From NCBI GenBank assembly GCA_964016885.1, contig OZ024742.1:232376001-232440000 (forward strand): 64,000 nt of DNA. The letters run 5' to 3'. Positions 27,197 to 40,400 of this stretch are shown one piece after another (positions within the stretch are counted from its first letter, which is position 1; every line of letters starts with the position of its first letter). Source of the stretch: Eledone cirrhosa (taxonomy: Eukaryota). The translations under genes and the position numbers were made by a program. The notes under the pieces were generated by a model. It searched no databases and was not told the origin of the DNA. It saw nothing but the letters and a program-made list of their open reading frames with translations.

Positions 27197-28157
27197 GTAA
27201 GAATCTAATATTAAAAATTATGATTTACAATGGGTTTTTTTTTATCAATATCAACTTCTAATCATTTGTATTCTTTTAAAATACATTTCAAATTTATTTG
27301 CAATTTGTTTCAAATGTTTAAATAGTGATTCACTGAATTCTTTCTCTGAATGTAGTTTCAATCAAATAGTGTATTAAATAGAATTTGGTGTAGCTACGAG
27401 CAGTCTGGATCATTTAACTTTTCATATTCTTTATATACAAATATAAGTATACAAATAGACAATTTATAAGTTCATCAATTTACCTCATCATTATGCACTG
27501 AAACATATTTTTAACCCTTTAGCAATTACATTACTCTATATTTACTGTTATCTTTACCTTACATAATTATTTCACATGATATCGAATCTATGAGATTTTG
27601 GTGTTATTTATTTTGAGAACAATACCATAACTGTGTGAGCAGCCGGTTACAACTGGTTTGAACAGAAAAAGGCGAGAGAATTCTTGCTGGATATGGCCAG
27701 TTTAAATGGAACAGGGTTAAAAGGAGCAGTGATTCTTTTGGTTTTCCACAATTGGAACCTGTTAGCCTTGACCATGGCAATGGTTAACACCAAGACATGA
27801 TAACCTTTTTCCTGTTTGAGGCAGACTTGTCATTCATCTGGGATGCCATGTGCTGATGAAAACCATGTCACTTCAGCCTTAAACCTGGGAGTTGCTTCCT
27901 GCAATGAAATGGAATAAAAGATGAGCAAATACCAGTCATTAAGAGATAGATTCCATTTCCTGCTGGTTGCTGTTAAAATCTTTGGTAACCTTGGTTCCCA
28001 AAGTGCAACTATTTTCTGCCAAATTGGGATGAGAGGAACATGCTTGAGGAAGGAGCCCCATGAGGCGGAATGCTGATGTCACTGGCTGTTTTTTCATGAC
28101 AATTATTTTGCCATTTTCTCTTCAGGTCATAGCTGAGATATGCTGTTCAACTGAGAG

Positions 28158-28190
<33 letters not shown>

Positions 28191-31100
28191 GTACATGAAA
28201 CAGTAGAATAAATTTATTTGTGAAGAGTAGGCTAAATTTTCAGTTGTTTATATTTGGAATTCAAATCCTATCAGCCTTCACTGGGCTTTGTATTTTACTA
28301 AGGTCAGTATAAGTATTATTAGATTACTAGCCCATTTTATTTAATTTATGTCCTTAAAGGAAATAACATATTATTTTATTTTATTTCTCTTATAAATCTG
28401 TGATTGTGAACTTTAGAGTGAAAGTTAGTGTTTGTGAAGTAGCTTAAAGTTGAAATATTCCATTTAAAATATTCAATTGAAATTTGAAATGTTTTAATTT
28501 AAGATAATCTATTCTATCTTAAAATATATTTTTTTCTTTTACTACTTCAGAATGTGATTTCACCAGATATGGAGATAAATGTTCTAAAAAATGTCATTGC
28601 AAAAAAGAAATGGAAAGATGTGATAAAATTACTGGAGTGTGCAAAAGTGGTTGTTCTGCAGGTTGGCTTGGAGAAAATTGCCAGAAAGGTCAGTATCACT
28701 AATTGAAAAAAAAAATATAGTGATTTCTTTATTTAATTAGGAATACCATTTATCATATATTTTTTTAAGTCAAAATTTTCATCACATTATTTGCAAGATG
28801 GTCACTGACACACTTTCACATGAACTGTGTAAGAGATCAGGTTACAACCTGGCAGCAGTTTAAGTCAACCGGTTAAGAGGTACAGACTATCCAACAGTCC
28901 ACCATACAGATTCCATCTACCTAATGTCATTCACAAGGCTTGGGTTGACTCAAGGTTTTGATAGAAACCTATGCAGCATGCTGTGCAGTGAGATGAAACA
29001 AAAAAGCATGTGATTGTGAAACAAATTTCAGCTATGCACTGGTTCCAATCAATTTTCCTCTTACCACCACCACCAGTTAACATCTATTTTCCATGCTTGC
29101 ATGGGTTAAATCAGTGTAGTTGAAAATTGTGGTACCAAGAAATATATGATAAATGTAAAATGAATTGAACAGTTTTGTATGTTTTTTGAATGGCTAAAAT
29201 ATGATTATCATTGTATGGAAATAATTTTCAAAATATTCCACATCCACTGACAAAAAGTGAGAATATTTTTCAGTAAAAAAGTGCACAATCTAGCATCTAT
29301 TAGGTGTAAATAAGGAGTGTGAAATGCATTATTTAACTATGTTAGGGTGAAACAAATTTATGATTGGTTGAGGTTGCACAAAATACTTTTGATGTATTAA
29401 ACAAGGTTAAATATTTCTTTAAACAGCTTTGTTCAGAACAATAAAGTTAGAGTGGATCATGTGAAAAGATGTTGATACAGACCTGTCAACTCTCCCCGTC
29501 TGATGGGGAGATCTCCCACCCACTTTGGGATGAGTAAGAGATATCTTCTCTTGTGAAAATGGGTATAGCTTTCATTCGCACCTTTTTGATCTCCATGTGT
29601 CTAACACACGTGGACATGCCTACAAAATCAGAAAACAGCACAGCTCCCATGACTTTCGTAGACATTTTTTCACGCTCAGAGTTGCTGAAGCATGGAACAA
29701 ACTGCCTGCGTCAGTTGTTAGCTGCCGAAACACTGCATCCTTTAAAACCTCCATGCTTCCTGAAATATGCCAAAACTACACCTGATGTACCCCTTCCATA
29801 CACATGCACACATGTGTGTATCATGACTCATGCACTGTTCATTTTCCTGATATTTGTACATTACCCTATGTACTATACATACACTTTTTGATGAGTTGTA
29901 GTGCACCTGAGCACTGTACACAATATTTCATTATTATTATTATTATTATTATTATGTAAAATCTTCCCATTTTGCCTCATTTCTTCCCATTTTAAGGCAC
30001 TTTTTTTCATGGTACTCCTTGTTTGGGTTTTTAGAGGTTGGTAGGTCTGTTGACACTCTCTCTGACATAGTTTTTGAATCATTGTTGCAAGCAGAATTTA
30101 TGTTTCACTAATTTGAGGTCAATAGGAATAGAATGAGTTAAGTTCAATTTATCATGTCATTGTTTCTAAACTAAGAAAGTCAGTTCAATTTATTGTTAGT
30201 TAAGATCAATAGAAATAATTTTCATTTTCAGTTCAATACCAAGAATAACTGGGAGAGGAAACAATTGTAACTCCTACCTTATGTGTACTTCATCATCATA
30301 TCTTGCCGCGCCGTGCCAGTATCCATTGAAGGGCAGCGTCGTTTGCTTCCATCAGGTCTTGGTCGGAGCATGTGGGTCCCAGTGAGCACCCATGGAGGAT
30401 GTGGGCTATGGTCTGGGAGGTCTCGCCGCAGGGTCACTCAGCGCAGGTGGTCAATCCCCACTTGTGGAGATTGTCTCCAATTTTGCCTGTTTTGGCTCTG
30501 GCTCTGTTTAGGGTTACCCAGTCCTTTCTGTTAAGAGATGTTCCATTGGGGAGGCTTTCATTTGGGCTTGGTAAGGCCGCATTGGGTGGGCGGCAGTCAC
30601 TCTCCCTCCACTTTTCCAACCTGTAAGCCACCGATTGTGCATGCTCCAGGTTATCAGATGGGGCAACAATGAACTAGAAAACCACCATCATCTAGTTTAC
30701 CTCGGAGTTGCCCTTGATAGAACGCTCTCCTTCAAACAACACATAGACAAACTTAAAAGTAAACTGCCAACTAGAAATAATCTCTTCAGCAAACTAACCA
30801 ACACCAGCTGGGGTGCAGATCCTATAACACTGAGGCAAACAGCACATATGTACTTTATTAATACCAAAGGAATATATTGGGTCGTCAAGTATGAAATTTG
30901 TAGAAAAAAATGAAAGTTTGTTAATGTTTCTACAAATTTCATACTTGACGACCCAATATATATACCACCATCATCATCATTTACGATCCATTTTCCCTAC
31001 TAGCAAGGGTTGGATGGGTCTACATAGACCAAGTCAGTAATGAAGTGAGGCCATTGACTATTGAAGCAGGAGGTCTGTATCATGCTTTAGTAAGGTTATT

Positions 31101-31217
31101 ATTGAGTGCAGATGAGAAGTTGTGTCTTTTGACACAAACTGGAGGATCCTCTTAACCCCTTGTTTGGCAAGCTTTCTACTGCTGGATGCTCTTTCTATCA
31201 CCAACCACTTTACAGTG

Positions 31218-31253
<36 letters not shown>

Positions 31254-32518
31254 GTTGGTGTTAGGAAGGGCATCCAGCTGTAGAAAACCCGCCAGACAGT
31301 CCTATGCGAGCAAGACAATCACTCTTGCCTCAAGTGGGAAAACCCCCGTCCAAACCCATGCAAGCGTGGAACACGGATGTTAAACGTTGATGATGATGAT
31401 GATATATATATATTGATAGATAGATAGATATACAATCAGTTACAACAGTGGTATTACTCAGATACTAAAGTTTTGTTTGGTTTAACACCAACTCATCCAG
31501 TCAGCTATATTGAGAGAGAGAAAGAGAGAGAGAGATCATCATCATTATCATCATTTAACATTTTCCCTGTTGGCAAGGGCTGGATGGGTTTTTACAGAGA
31601 TAGTACTGAAGCAGAGCTACTGATTTCTCAAATGGGCTGAGAGACAGTGTAGGAATAAGAACACAACTTACATAGGTGAGTCAGCCTGTAGCATAGGAGA
31701 AAGTATAAAAAGAACACTGGCAAGAACTCTAAGATGGGAAAAACTCAAGTACTCCACCAACATGCCAAAATGGAACATAGGCGCACACTAGAGATCATAG
31801 AAATAAAAATGATATCCATACACAGAAAAGATGCAATGCTCCGACAAATTACAGAGGCAACAAACATAAACGAACTCCAACCAAAATTAAACAGAAAACA
31901 TGAGTGGAATAGCAACAACATCACAACTAGTAATTAAGGACAAGATAACGACATACAGAGACACACAAGAATCAAATAAAGCAAACCAGACACACATTGA
32001 TAGAACACGCAATCAACTAGAGACAAGTAAATAAACATATAAATAAATAAAAACATACACACACCCGGATATAATGCATGCACAAACCAAGTACACAGCA
32101 CACAACACACAAAAACAAGATGGTATAGGACAGAACAAAGGAGTAACACAAAATAACAAATAAGTCACTAAGGAGGTCACAGAATGTGTGACAAAAGAAC
32201 TTTGACAATATATAAACAACCATCCAGTTATTGAACCAACCAACCAGAAATTTATAATAAATTGCAAAGAAAATCTACAGGTGCATATGTTTTTATTGGC
32301 AGCATGACCCTCCCAAATTATAACATCTGTTTCAACACACGTTTTCAGATAAGAAATCTTGCAAAACAAATTGAAAAGCGAAGTATACACACACACACAC
32401 TTATATATATATATATATGTATATATATATAATGAAGGAAATGTGGTAAGGAACCAGATGGATTTAGTCCAGAATTAGCCGTCGAAACGGCTTGAGCTCA
32501 GCCGTCGGAGTCCTACTC

Positions 32519-32577
<59 letters not shown>

Positions 32578-34380
32578 AATTTAAAATACTAGAGTGTGTT
32601 GGAGTTAAACACCCTCTTCGTATTATAGAAATGACAGTAAAAGTATAGCTCAATGTAATTAAACAGAGCCGAAGAATTATGAAAATAAACCAAAGAAGCC
32701 TTCAATACATCAAAAGTCTTTATTAGCCAACAATGTTTCGTCCTATTAAGGACTCATCAGGGCAATTAAAGCTATAAGAACCACTATTGGCCAATACAAG
32801 CCAAAAACTCAGAAGAATATGGAGTGTACATATATTAAGTAAAAATTGCTAAGAAAGTGAATAACATTTTGAACCATATTACAAATATAGTCCAATGCAA
32901 AAACTAAAGCTAAACAAAGGTGGTGATATAGAGCGGGAATTATTGTACTATATATAATATAATATAATATAATATAATTGATAATAATAATATTAAAAGG
33001 CCCAATATACATATATATATATACATATGTACACATATATACATATATATCAATACAGATTTCCATCAATACAAGCACAAACTAACCCTTATTAAGAGTT
33101 TAAATAAGAATAATAAGAATAATAAGAATAATAAGAATAATAAGAATAATAAGAATAAAAATAAAGATAAAAATAAAAATAAAAATATAATACATATATT
33201 ATTTACAGTATAAAATGAAGAATAAATGATTAAAAGTAAACATATAATATATAATAAACTATATAATTATATAATAGATAATCTCCGGTTAATTTGCACA
33301 AACAATATAAATATTACAATAACACTATAATAACAATATTATAATATAATGGCATATAACTTAACAAATCATATAGAGTTACAGACTGGGTGAGAAAAAA
33401 TATTGTACAGAACTAAATTGTGTTGGAAAAATTATGTTGGAAAAATATCAAAACCATTGCAAGAAAACAGATGGAGGTCAAATTTCTATACAATTGGTGT
33501 AAATAAACAAATATTATCCAAACATTACAAAAATTATAAAAATATAAATATATTACAGAATTTACAAAATTTAACATAACATAATGGTACATTTAATAAT
33601 CGGTAAATAATAAAGATCAGTAGTACGTTTACAAAGAGTGGAATGATATAAAACTTCAATATAAAATATTGAACATAGTATAATATACATAATTACGTGG
33701 TTGGTGGACAGACATTTGTGAATAAGTGAATGAGAACCAGACAGAAAACTATGCACGGTAGTATAAATATATAAATAAAATCAACCGGAAATCGAAAAAC
33801 AAAAACAAAAGTATTTACTTAGGTGTCACATGCAGTTAAGTAAAAAAATTAGGAAACAAACCCGGATAAATGACTAGAAAACCCTATTAAATTAATTAAT
33901 ATTGAAAGTATTTAAAATACATAATAAGTCAATACAAAATTAGCTATGGTTTAAGTAATCAAAATCTCCAAATATAAAGATATCACTATAAAAATATCTG
34001 GAAAAGAATGAAATATTCTACTATCAGTTGAATAACGTTATCTAATAAATGGACTTTAAATAGAATTATGGTAGGCCATAATATATTATATATAGTACAA
34101 TAATTCTCGCTCTATATCACCACCTTTGTTTAGCTTTAGTTTTTGCATTGGACTATATTTGTAATATGGTTCAAAATGTTATTCACTTCCTTAGCAATTT
34201 TTACTTGATATTTTCCTATGCTTTAATATATGTACACTCCATATTCTTCTGAGTTTTTGGCTTGTATTGGCCGATAGTGCTTCTTATAGCTTTAATTGCC
34301 CTGATGAGTCCTTAATAGGACGAAACATTGTTGGCTAATAAAGACTTTTGATGTATTGAAGGCTTCTTTGGTTTATTTTC

Positions 34381-34454
<74 letters not shown>

Positions 34455-37400
34455 AATATAATTTGATTATACACAATTAAAATTATCACAAATACATATG
34501 AAAATATATATATTTATTTATATATACATACATCAATGAAAAGATATCTTTAATACAACTTATTCAGAGATGCAAACAAATATATATAGAACGTCTTATA
34601 CATATCACTAACTGGTCGATAAAATATCATTCCCTGGCTAGGCTCCTTATATTTAAGTTACTGATATGTATAAGATGTTCTATATATATATATATTATAT
34701 ATATATATATACAGGGTATCCCCCCAAAATGTATTCACATAGTTATTAGAATGCTGTTGAAGTGTGTATACATTTTTTGGGACACCCTGTATATATATTT
34801 ATATATATATATGTCTATATTTATATACATATATATATATGTGTGTATGTGTTTATCCATGTCTGANNNNNNNNNNNNNNNNNNNNNNNNNNNNNNNNNN
34901 NNNNNNNNNNNNNNNNNNNNNNNNNNNNNNNNNNNNNNNNNNNNNNNNNNNNNNNNNNNNNNNNNNNNNNNNNNNNNNNNNNNNNNNNNNNNNNNNNNNN
35001 NNNNNNNNNNNNNNNNNNNNNNNNNNNNNNNNNNNNNNNNNNNNNNNNNNNNNNNNNNNNNNNNNNTTTATTCCTGAGAGGGTCCTGTCAGAAGCAACCA
35101 TCTCGCACTGATCCGGCTGGATCCCCAGCGAGATCAACCAAGTTCATGAATGTTATCCAACCGATTCTCCTCAGAGTCTACCTCTGGGTCTTCTGCCAGT
35201 TGGCTTAGCCCATAAAATCTGTCCAGCAATTCTCTTCTGATATATGTGCCCGTAAAATCTGAGTTGTGATTTCTGAGTTTGGAGAAGTAGAGGCTCTTCT
35301 TCTTCTTCTTCTTCTTCTTCTTCTTCTTCTTCTTCTTCTTCTTCTTCTTCTTCTTCTTCTTCTTCTTCTTCTTCTTCTTCTTTCTTCCTTTTTCTTCTTC
35401 TTTTCTTTTTCTTCTGTTTTTCTTGTCCGCCTCCTCCTCCTTTATGGTGGTTATTCAACCAACTTGCTTGAGTCTACCCCTGAGTCTCCTGCCAGCTGAT
35501 TTTGCCTGTAAAATCTGTCCAGCCGATTCACACAAATTATTCAATTTTAAATGTTTATGGAATTTTTAATCTATTTTTCTAAAGATTGTGCTGAAACTAG
35601 TCGTTATGGACTTAGCTGTCAAAAGCGTTGCAGTCATTATTGTAAAAATCAAAAATGTGATCGTGTATCAGGCAAATGTTTGGAAGGATGCATACAAGGC
35701 CATCAAGGTGATAAATGTGACGAAGGCAAGTATTGAGAAAATTCTAAGTTTAAATTCAGATATTATGTTTGACATTCTTTTATATTTTTGTTCCTAAACT
35801 TAGAAATTTCAAACTTACTATTAATATTTAATTATTTACAACCTGAAGGGCGGTGGATTAGCAGTATCAGTAGAGCGTCAGACACCTTGTTTTGCAGCAT
35901 AGAGGTATGGCCCTTTTACGTTCTGAGTTCAAATCTCGACGAGCTTAGCTTTGCCTTTCATCCTTACAGAGGTCGATAAAATAAAGCACCAGTAAAGCAC
36001 TGAGGTAACTGCTGGCCTCGTGCCAAAAGTAGAAACAATTATTCACAACTCTTCCATTTCAATACTTTGCATTTGAAAATGGTAGGTGAAGATGCCTTCT
36101 TGGTTTCCTAACAGAAAAATTTCTAATGATGTAGCTTAATTGCAGTTACCTATTATGGTGTGTTATTTGATTAAATAGAATATATATTTTATATTAATGA
36201 AGGCAATGGTTAGGGGGGTTAGACTCATGATCATAAGGTCATGGGTTCTATTCCTGGACTGAGGGATGCATTGTGTTCATTATTATCATCATTTAATGTC
36301 TGTTTTCCATGTTCTTGAATAAAATACTATATTCCATGTTGCTCCTTCTGTCAGAAGTTGAACTGGCAGATAGTATCAGCAATTGAAAGACTAATAGAAA
36401 AAGTTGCTCTGATCTGATGATTGGCTCCTTCTCTTTATATATACTATATATATATATATATTATATTTATTATACAAGGCAGCAGGACCCGGCGTTGCAT
36501 GGGGTAGGAAACGTGAAATAAGACGCATATGCAAAGATTGAGGAATGTAGCTAGTGTACTTTTTGAATTCCTTATTCTCAGGGAATGATTGTTCAGTCTA
36601 CTGGAAACCGTGGAACACCAGCAGGCAATAGTGTAGTAGCAATGTCAGTCGGGCTGATTGCGGAAATCCTGTATGCGAAAGGAGTAAGTAAGTGTTGTGG
36701 GGCAATGTATTGTCGTAAGTCTGTTCATGAATTACGTCACAGATGGGGAACACACGTCAGCATATCACAATGATCACATAACTTCACCAATGATTCCGTA
36801 AGCATCTGACAAAGTCACATGAATAACCATGTAACAGAAATATATATAATGTAATAAACAACTAGGGTGATTTAATCCTGTCTTAACTACCATTATTTGA
36901 TATATAAATAAAGTACCAGTAATACACTGGGTAATTGCTGGCCTTGTGCCTAACGTGAGAAACTAATTATTAGAGTATATATACTTGGCGTGCAATAAAG
37001 TCTTTAGAATAACCCTTTAAATGAAAATGCACAACATATTGAAACTAAAATTTATTTATTCTGCAAAACATAATCTCCATAGAATGCAATAACATCTTTA
37101 TAGCGCTTATGCAAAGCATTTAACTCTTTCTGGAACTGTTCCTTTGGCAATTGTCGAAACATGCGCAGCGATTCATCCACCACCTCTGTCTAATGAAGCA
37201 AAAACAAATTTTCAAAGAGATGTTGCTTTAATAACTTGAACACACAACAATCGCACAAATTCAAGTTGGGGACTATATAGGGTGATTGTCTGATCATTGC
37301 CACTCTTCTCCTCTGGAAAAAATTCTTTTGTGGATTAAGCAGTTCGATGCGTTGTATTATCTCACAAGAATGACAGTGAAATAATTATGCATGGGCTGGT

Positions 37401-40400
37401 GACAAAATACAGCATTCTACAGAATATCACATGTGTACAACAAAGTTCAAATTCCAACTAATATTAACTACATTTTACTACTATATACAGCACAGACCTA
37501 CTATTCTAAATCTTTATTGCAACAGCCAAGTATAAATAGATATATACTATATATATATAGTATATCATAGTATATGATGATGATATGTATCAGTGTATTT
37601 ATATGTAATTTATATAATGTATCATTATTTTTGTAATATTTTTTTCAACAGAATGCCAGCTGGAACATATGGGCCTGATTGTAATAGAACTTGGCAATTC
37701 TAACTGTATTGATGGTGTCTGTGAATGGTATAATGGTTTATTGTAAAATAGGCTGCAAACCAGGTTTTCAAAGTGGTCATTGTGATAAAGGTAATTTTGT
37801 ACATATTTGATAAATTTTCTAATTTACTTTGTGACAAAAGTAAGAAGCTGTCCATCGATCCTATACTTCGGCAGAACCTTCCACAGCAGGTCCCATGGAA
37901 CATGGTTGTGTGCTTTTTCGAGGAATACACCTCTTAGCAGTATTCTCACAATTTCTCAAAAAACCTACTGCAGAGTGAAATATTTTGTTGGCTGTGCTGC
38001 ATCTGGGAGCTGAAAACCACACTGTTCATCAGCTAGTAGGGACTTGACAATCTCCATACATCCAGACACTTAGCATAGAGAATTCGTCATCATAGATATG
38101 AGAATTTCAAAATTGTACCATTTAAAATATAGTCTGTTGATCACATGCCTCGACTTATATAATAGGGTTTTGAATTTTTACCCATTTCTCAGATATAATA
38201 GCGGTCAGCTTATATTTGAGTATTTGAAATAGAATCATGAAAGGGTTAAACAATTCAATTTCATTCAATTTAAACTTTATTTCTTCCTTTTAATATTTAA
38301 TTTTTTTTATTTATATATTATTTTCAGAATGTGATGATGTCACCTTTGGATCAAACTGTCAAGAAGAAAATGCCGTTGTATCGATGAAAATGAAATTTGC
38401 AACAAAACAACACTGGTGTGGTGTTTAAGTAGTTGTCAGACTGGATGGAGAGGTGCAAACTGCTCACTTAGTAAGGTATACATTTGAAATGTATTAACTG
38501 ACTATTTACTTCAGAAGTGTTTCTTTATGTAAAGAATCTTTCTCATAATGTAAACACTCTCTGAAACTGAAATTTGTGTAAATCAAAGACAATACAGTGG
38601 GACGTGAAGGGGGGATGAAATACAAGTAGTTCCCAGATTACAAACAAGTTCTATTCTTACATCTGTCTGTAAGCCAAAACAGTTATGTATGGTTTGTATC
38701 TAGCATCAGTTAGTTAAATTGGTATGATTGAAATAAATATCATAACATAAGACTAATGGTATTTCTTTTTCTAAATATTCCTCTGAAAAAAGAAAATTAT
38801 TTCAGATTCAAACTATTTTACAAAGAGAAATTCATTTTTTATGCATTGAATTTATTTATTTTTTCTCTTTACTGGGACTGCTGTAATTTAAGAAGGCCTC
38901 TAGCATATTAAAAAAACCTGCTGAATGTTGACTCCTTCCACATTATTGAAGTTTTGAAGTTATCATCTATTCAACATTTTCTGCAGTCTCATAATTATAG
39001 TATTTTACTGTATTATTGCTCAGAGGAATAAACTTAAGAATAGGTTCAGAGACTTTCATAGAGGTTTCTCTGACTTCCTTCATAACTGCTATAATAATAT
39101 CCTCTCCAATTTTATGTGATACTTTTTGTTTTGTTATGTTAAAGGATATATAATATGAGGCCTTTATTTCCTTTAACAGAAGATGATAACTACAGAAAGA
39201 CACTGACGTTGGACGTTTCTACTGAAAAAAATTGAAATGTTGACTCTCTTTGCCTATTTTATAAATATTTTCATGGGAATCTGGCTTCTTAAGCTTTTCT
39301 CTTTGTTGCCACGTCTTCACAAGTTTAAACGGAACATCAAATTAGTGGCTAGGTCTCGTCCATTTTACAGTTGAAATTCCTAAATGCAATCACAAATTCT
39401 ATTCTGATAGTTTCATCCCTCACACATCTCACCTATGGAATTCTTTTCTAACTTCTTGCTTTCCTGACCACAGCAATTTGCAAAATTTCAAAAGCAGCAT
39501 CTCTCTCCTTGAATTATGTTCCCTCTGTCTTGTCATTCTTCGTTCTCAGTAACCCCTTGGATTTTAGTGGCTTTATTGCCTTGCTTGGGGTGAGAGAAAG
39601 AAAAAAAAAAATTTTTTAATAAATATTTTATTTAACTGAATGCATCTCAAGGTGGTTTTTCATCCTTGAAAGCATCATTGTAACATTTCCAAATGCTTTT
39701 TCACATCACAATCACATAAGTATTGTCAAATTAGTGAACAAAGGAATAAAACAAAATTTCAGATATTTCTGTGAATATTGTTGACATTTTCCCAATATTT
39801 GGATGTGCAGGTTACCTCTGAGAACACTGGTTGTTTCCACACATTATAAGAATGACTTTATTTCCATGAGTAGTTTACATCTTGACATTCCAGTTACTAC
39901 TCATTTTTGAATAATGAAGATGAATCCCTAAAAAGGAGTGTAGAAGTAATTATATTGTTAGGTCCTGCCATATCTTCAAATTCAGACATAACTTTGCAGG
40001 AATAAAAAAAGCAAGTTGGTTATACTGATGCAATATTAAGAATATTTCCTCTATTTTTTAAATTATTTAATTCTTAATCTTTTTCCTGTATGTTAAGTCT
40101 TTCTCATTATCATCATCATTATCATTGTCGCCAGTGCATCATCATCATTTAACATCTACTTTCTTTGCATACATGTACACACACACATACATATATATTT
40201 CATCATCATTGTCAATATACATGTTTGTTTATGTTCCCTAGCTTAGTAATTCAACAAAAACGATCAATAAAATTAGTACCAAACTTGAAAAAATAAGTAC
40301 TGTGATTGATATGATCAACTAAATCCTTCAAAGTGGTGCCCCAGCATGGCCACCTACTAATGACTGAAACCATTAAAATAATGGCTTCTGATTTAAGCAC

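Larger units (their letters stand above)
32576..34385 (-). mobile_element. Fold-back Penelope-like element with inverted pLTR arms, (TA)n-flanked
   Basis: Arm 32676-32960 is the reverse complement of 34081-34385 (one indel of about 18 bp); unpaired tail 32576-32675; AT-rich spacer. Confidence 0.8.

Noticed and set aside
32307-32353. Minus-strand CUGAAAA...GAAAC-agau-GUU hammerhead-like string
   Set aside because: G8 is lost without compensation and stem II is weak; too degenerate to call.
34751-35137. ORFs containing X runs
   Set aside because: Artefacts of the N gap.
35171-35499. Poly-E and poly-L ORFs (also 24652-24846 and 45371-45763)
   Set aside because: (CTT)n microsatellites and LINE tails, not genes.
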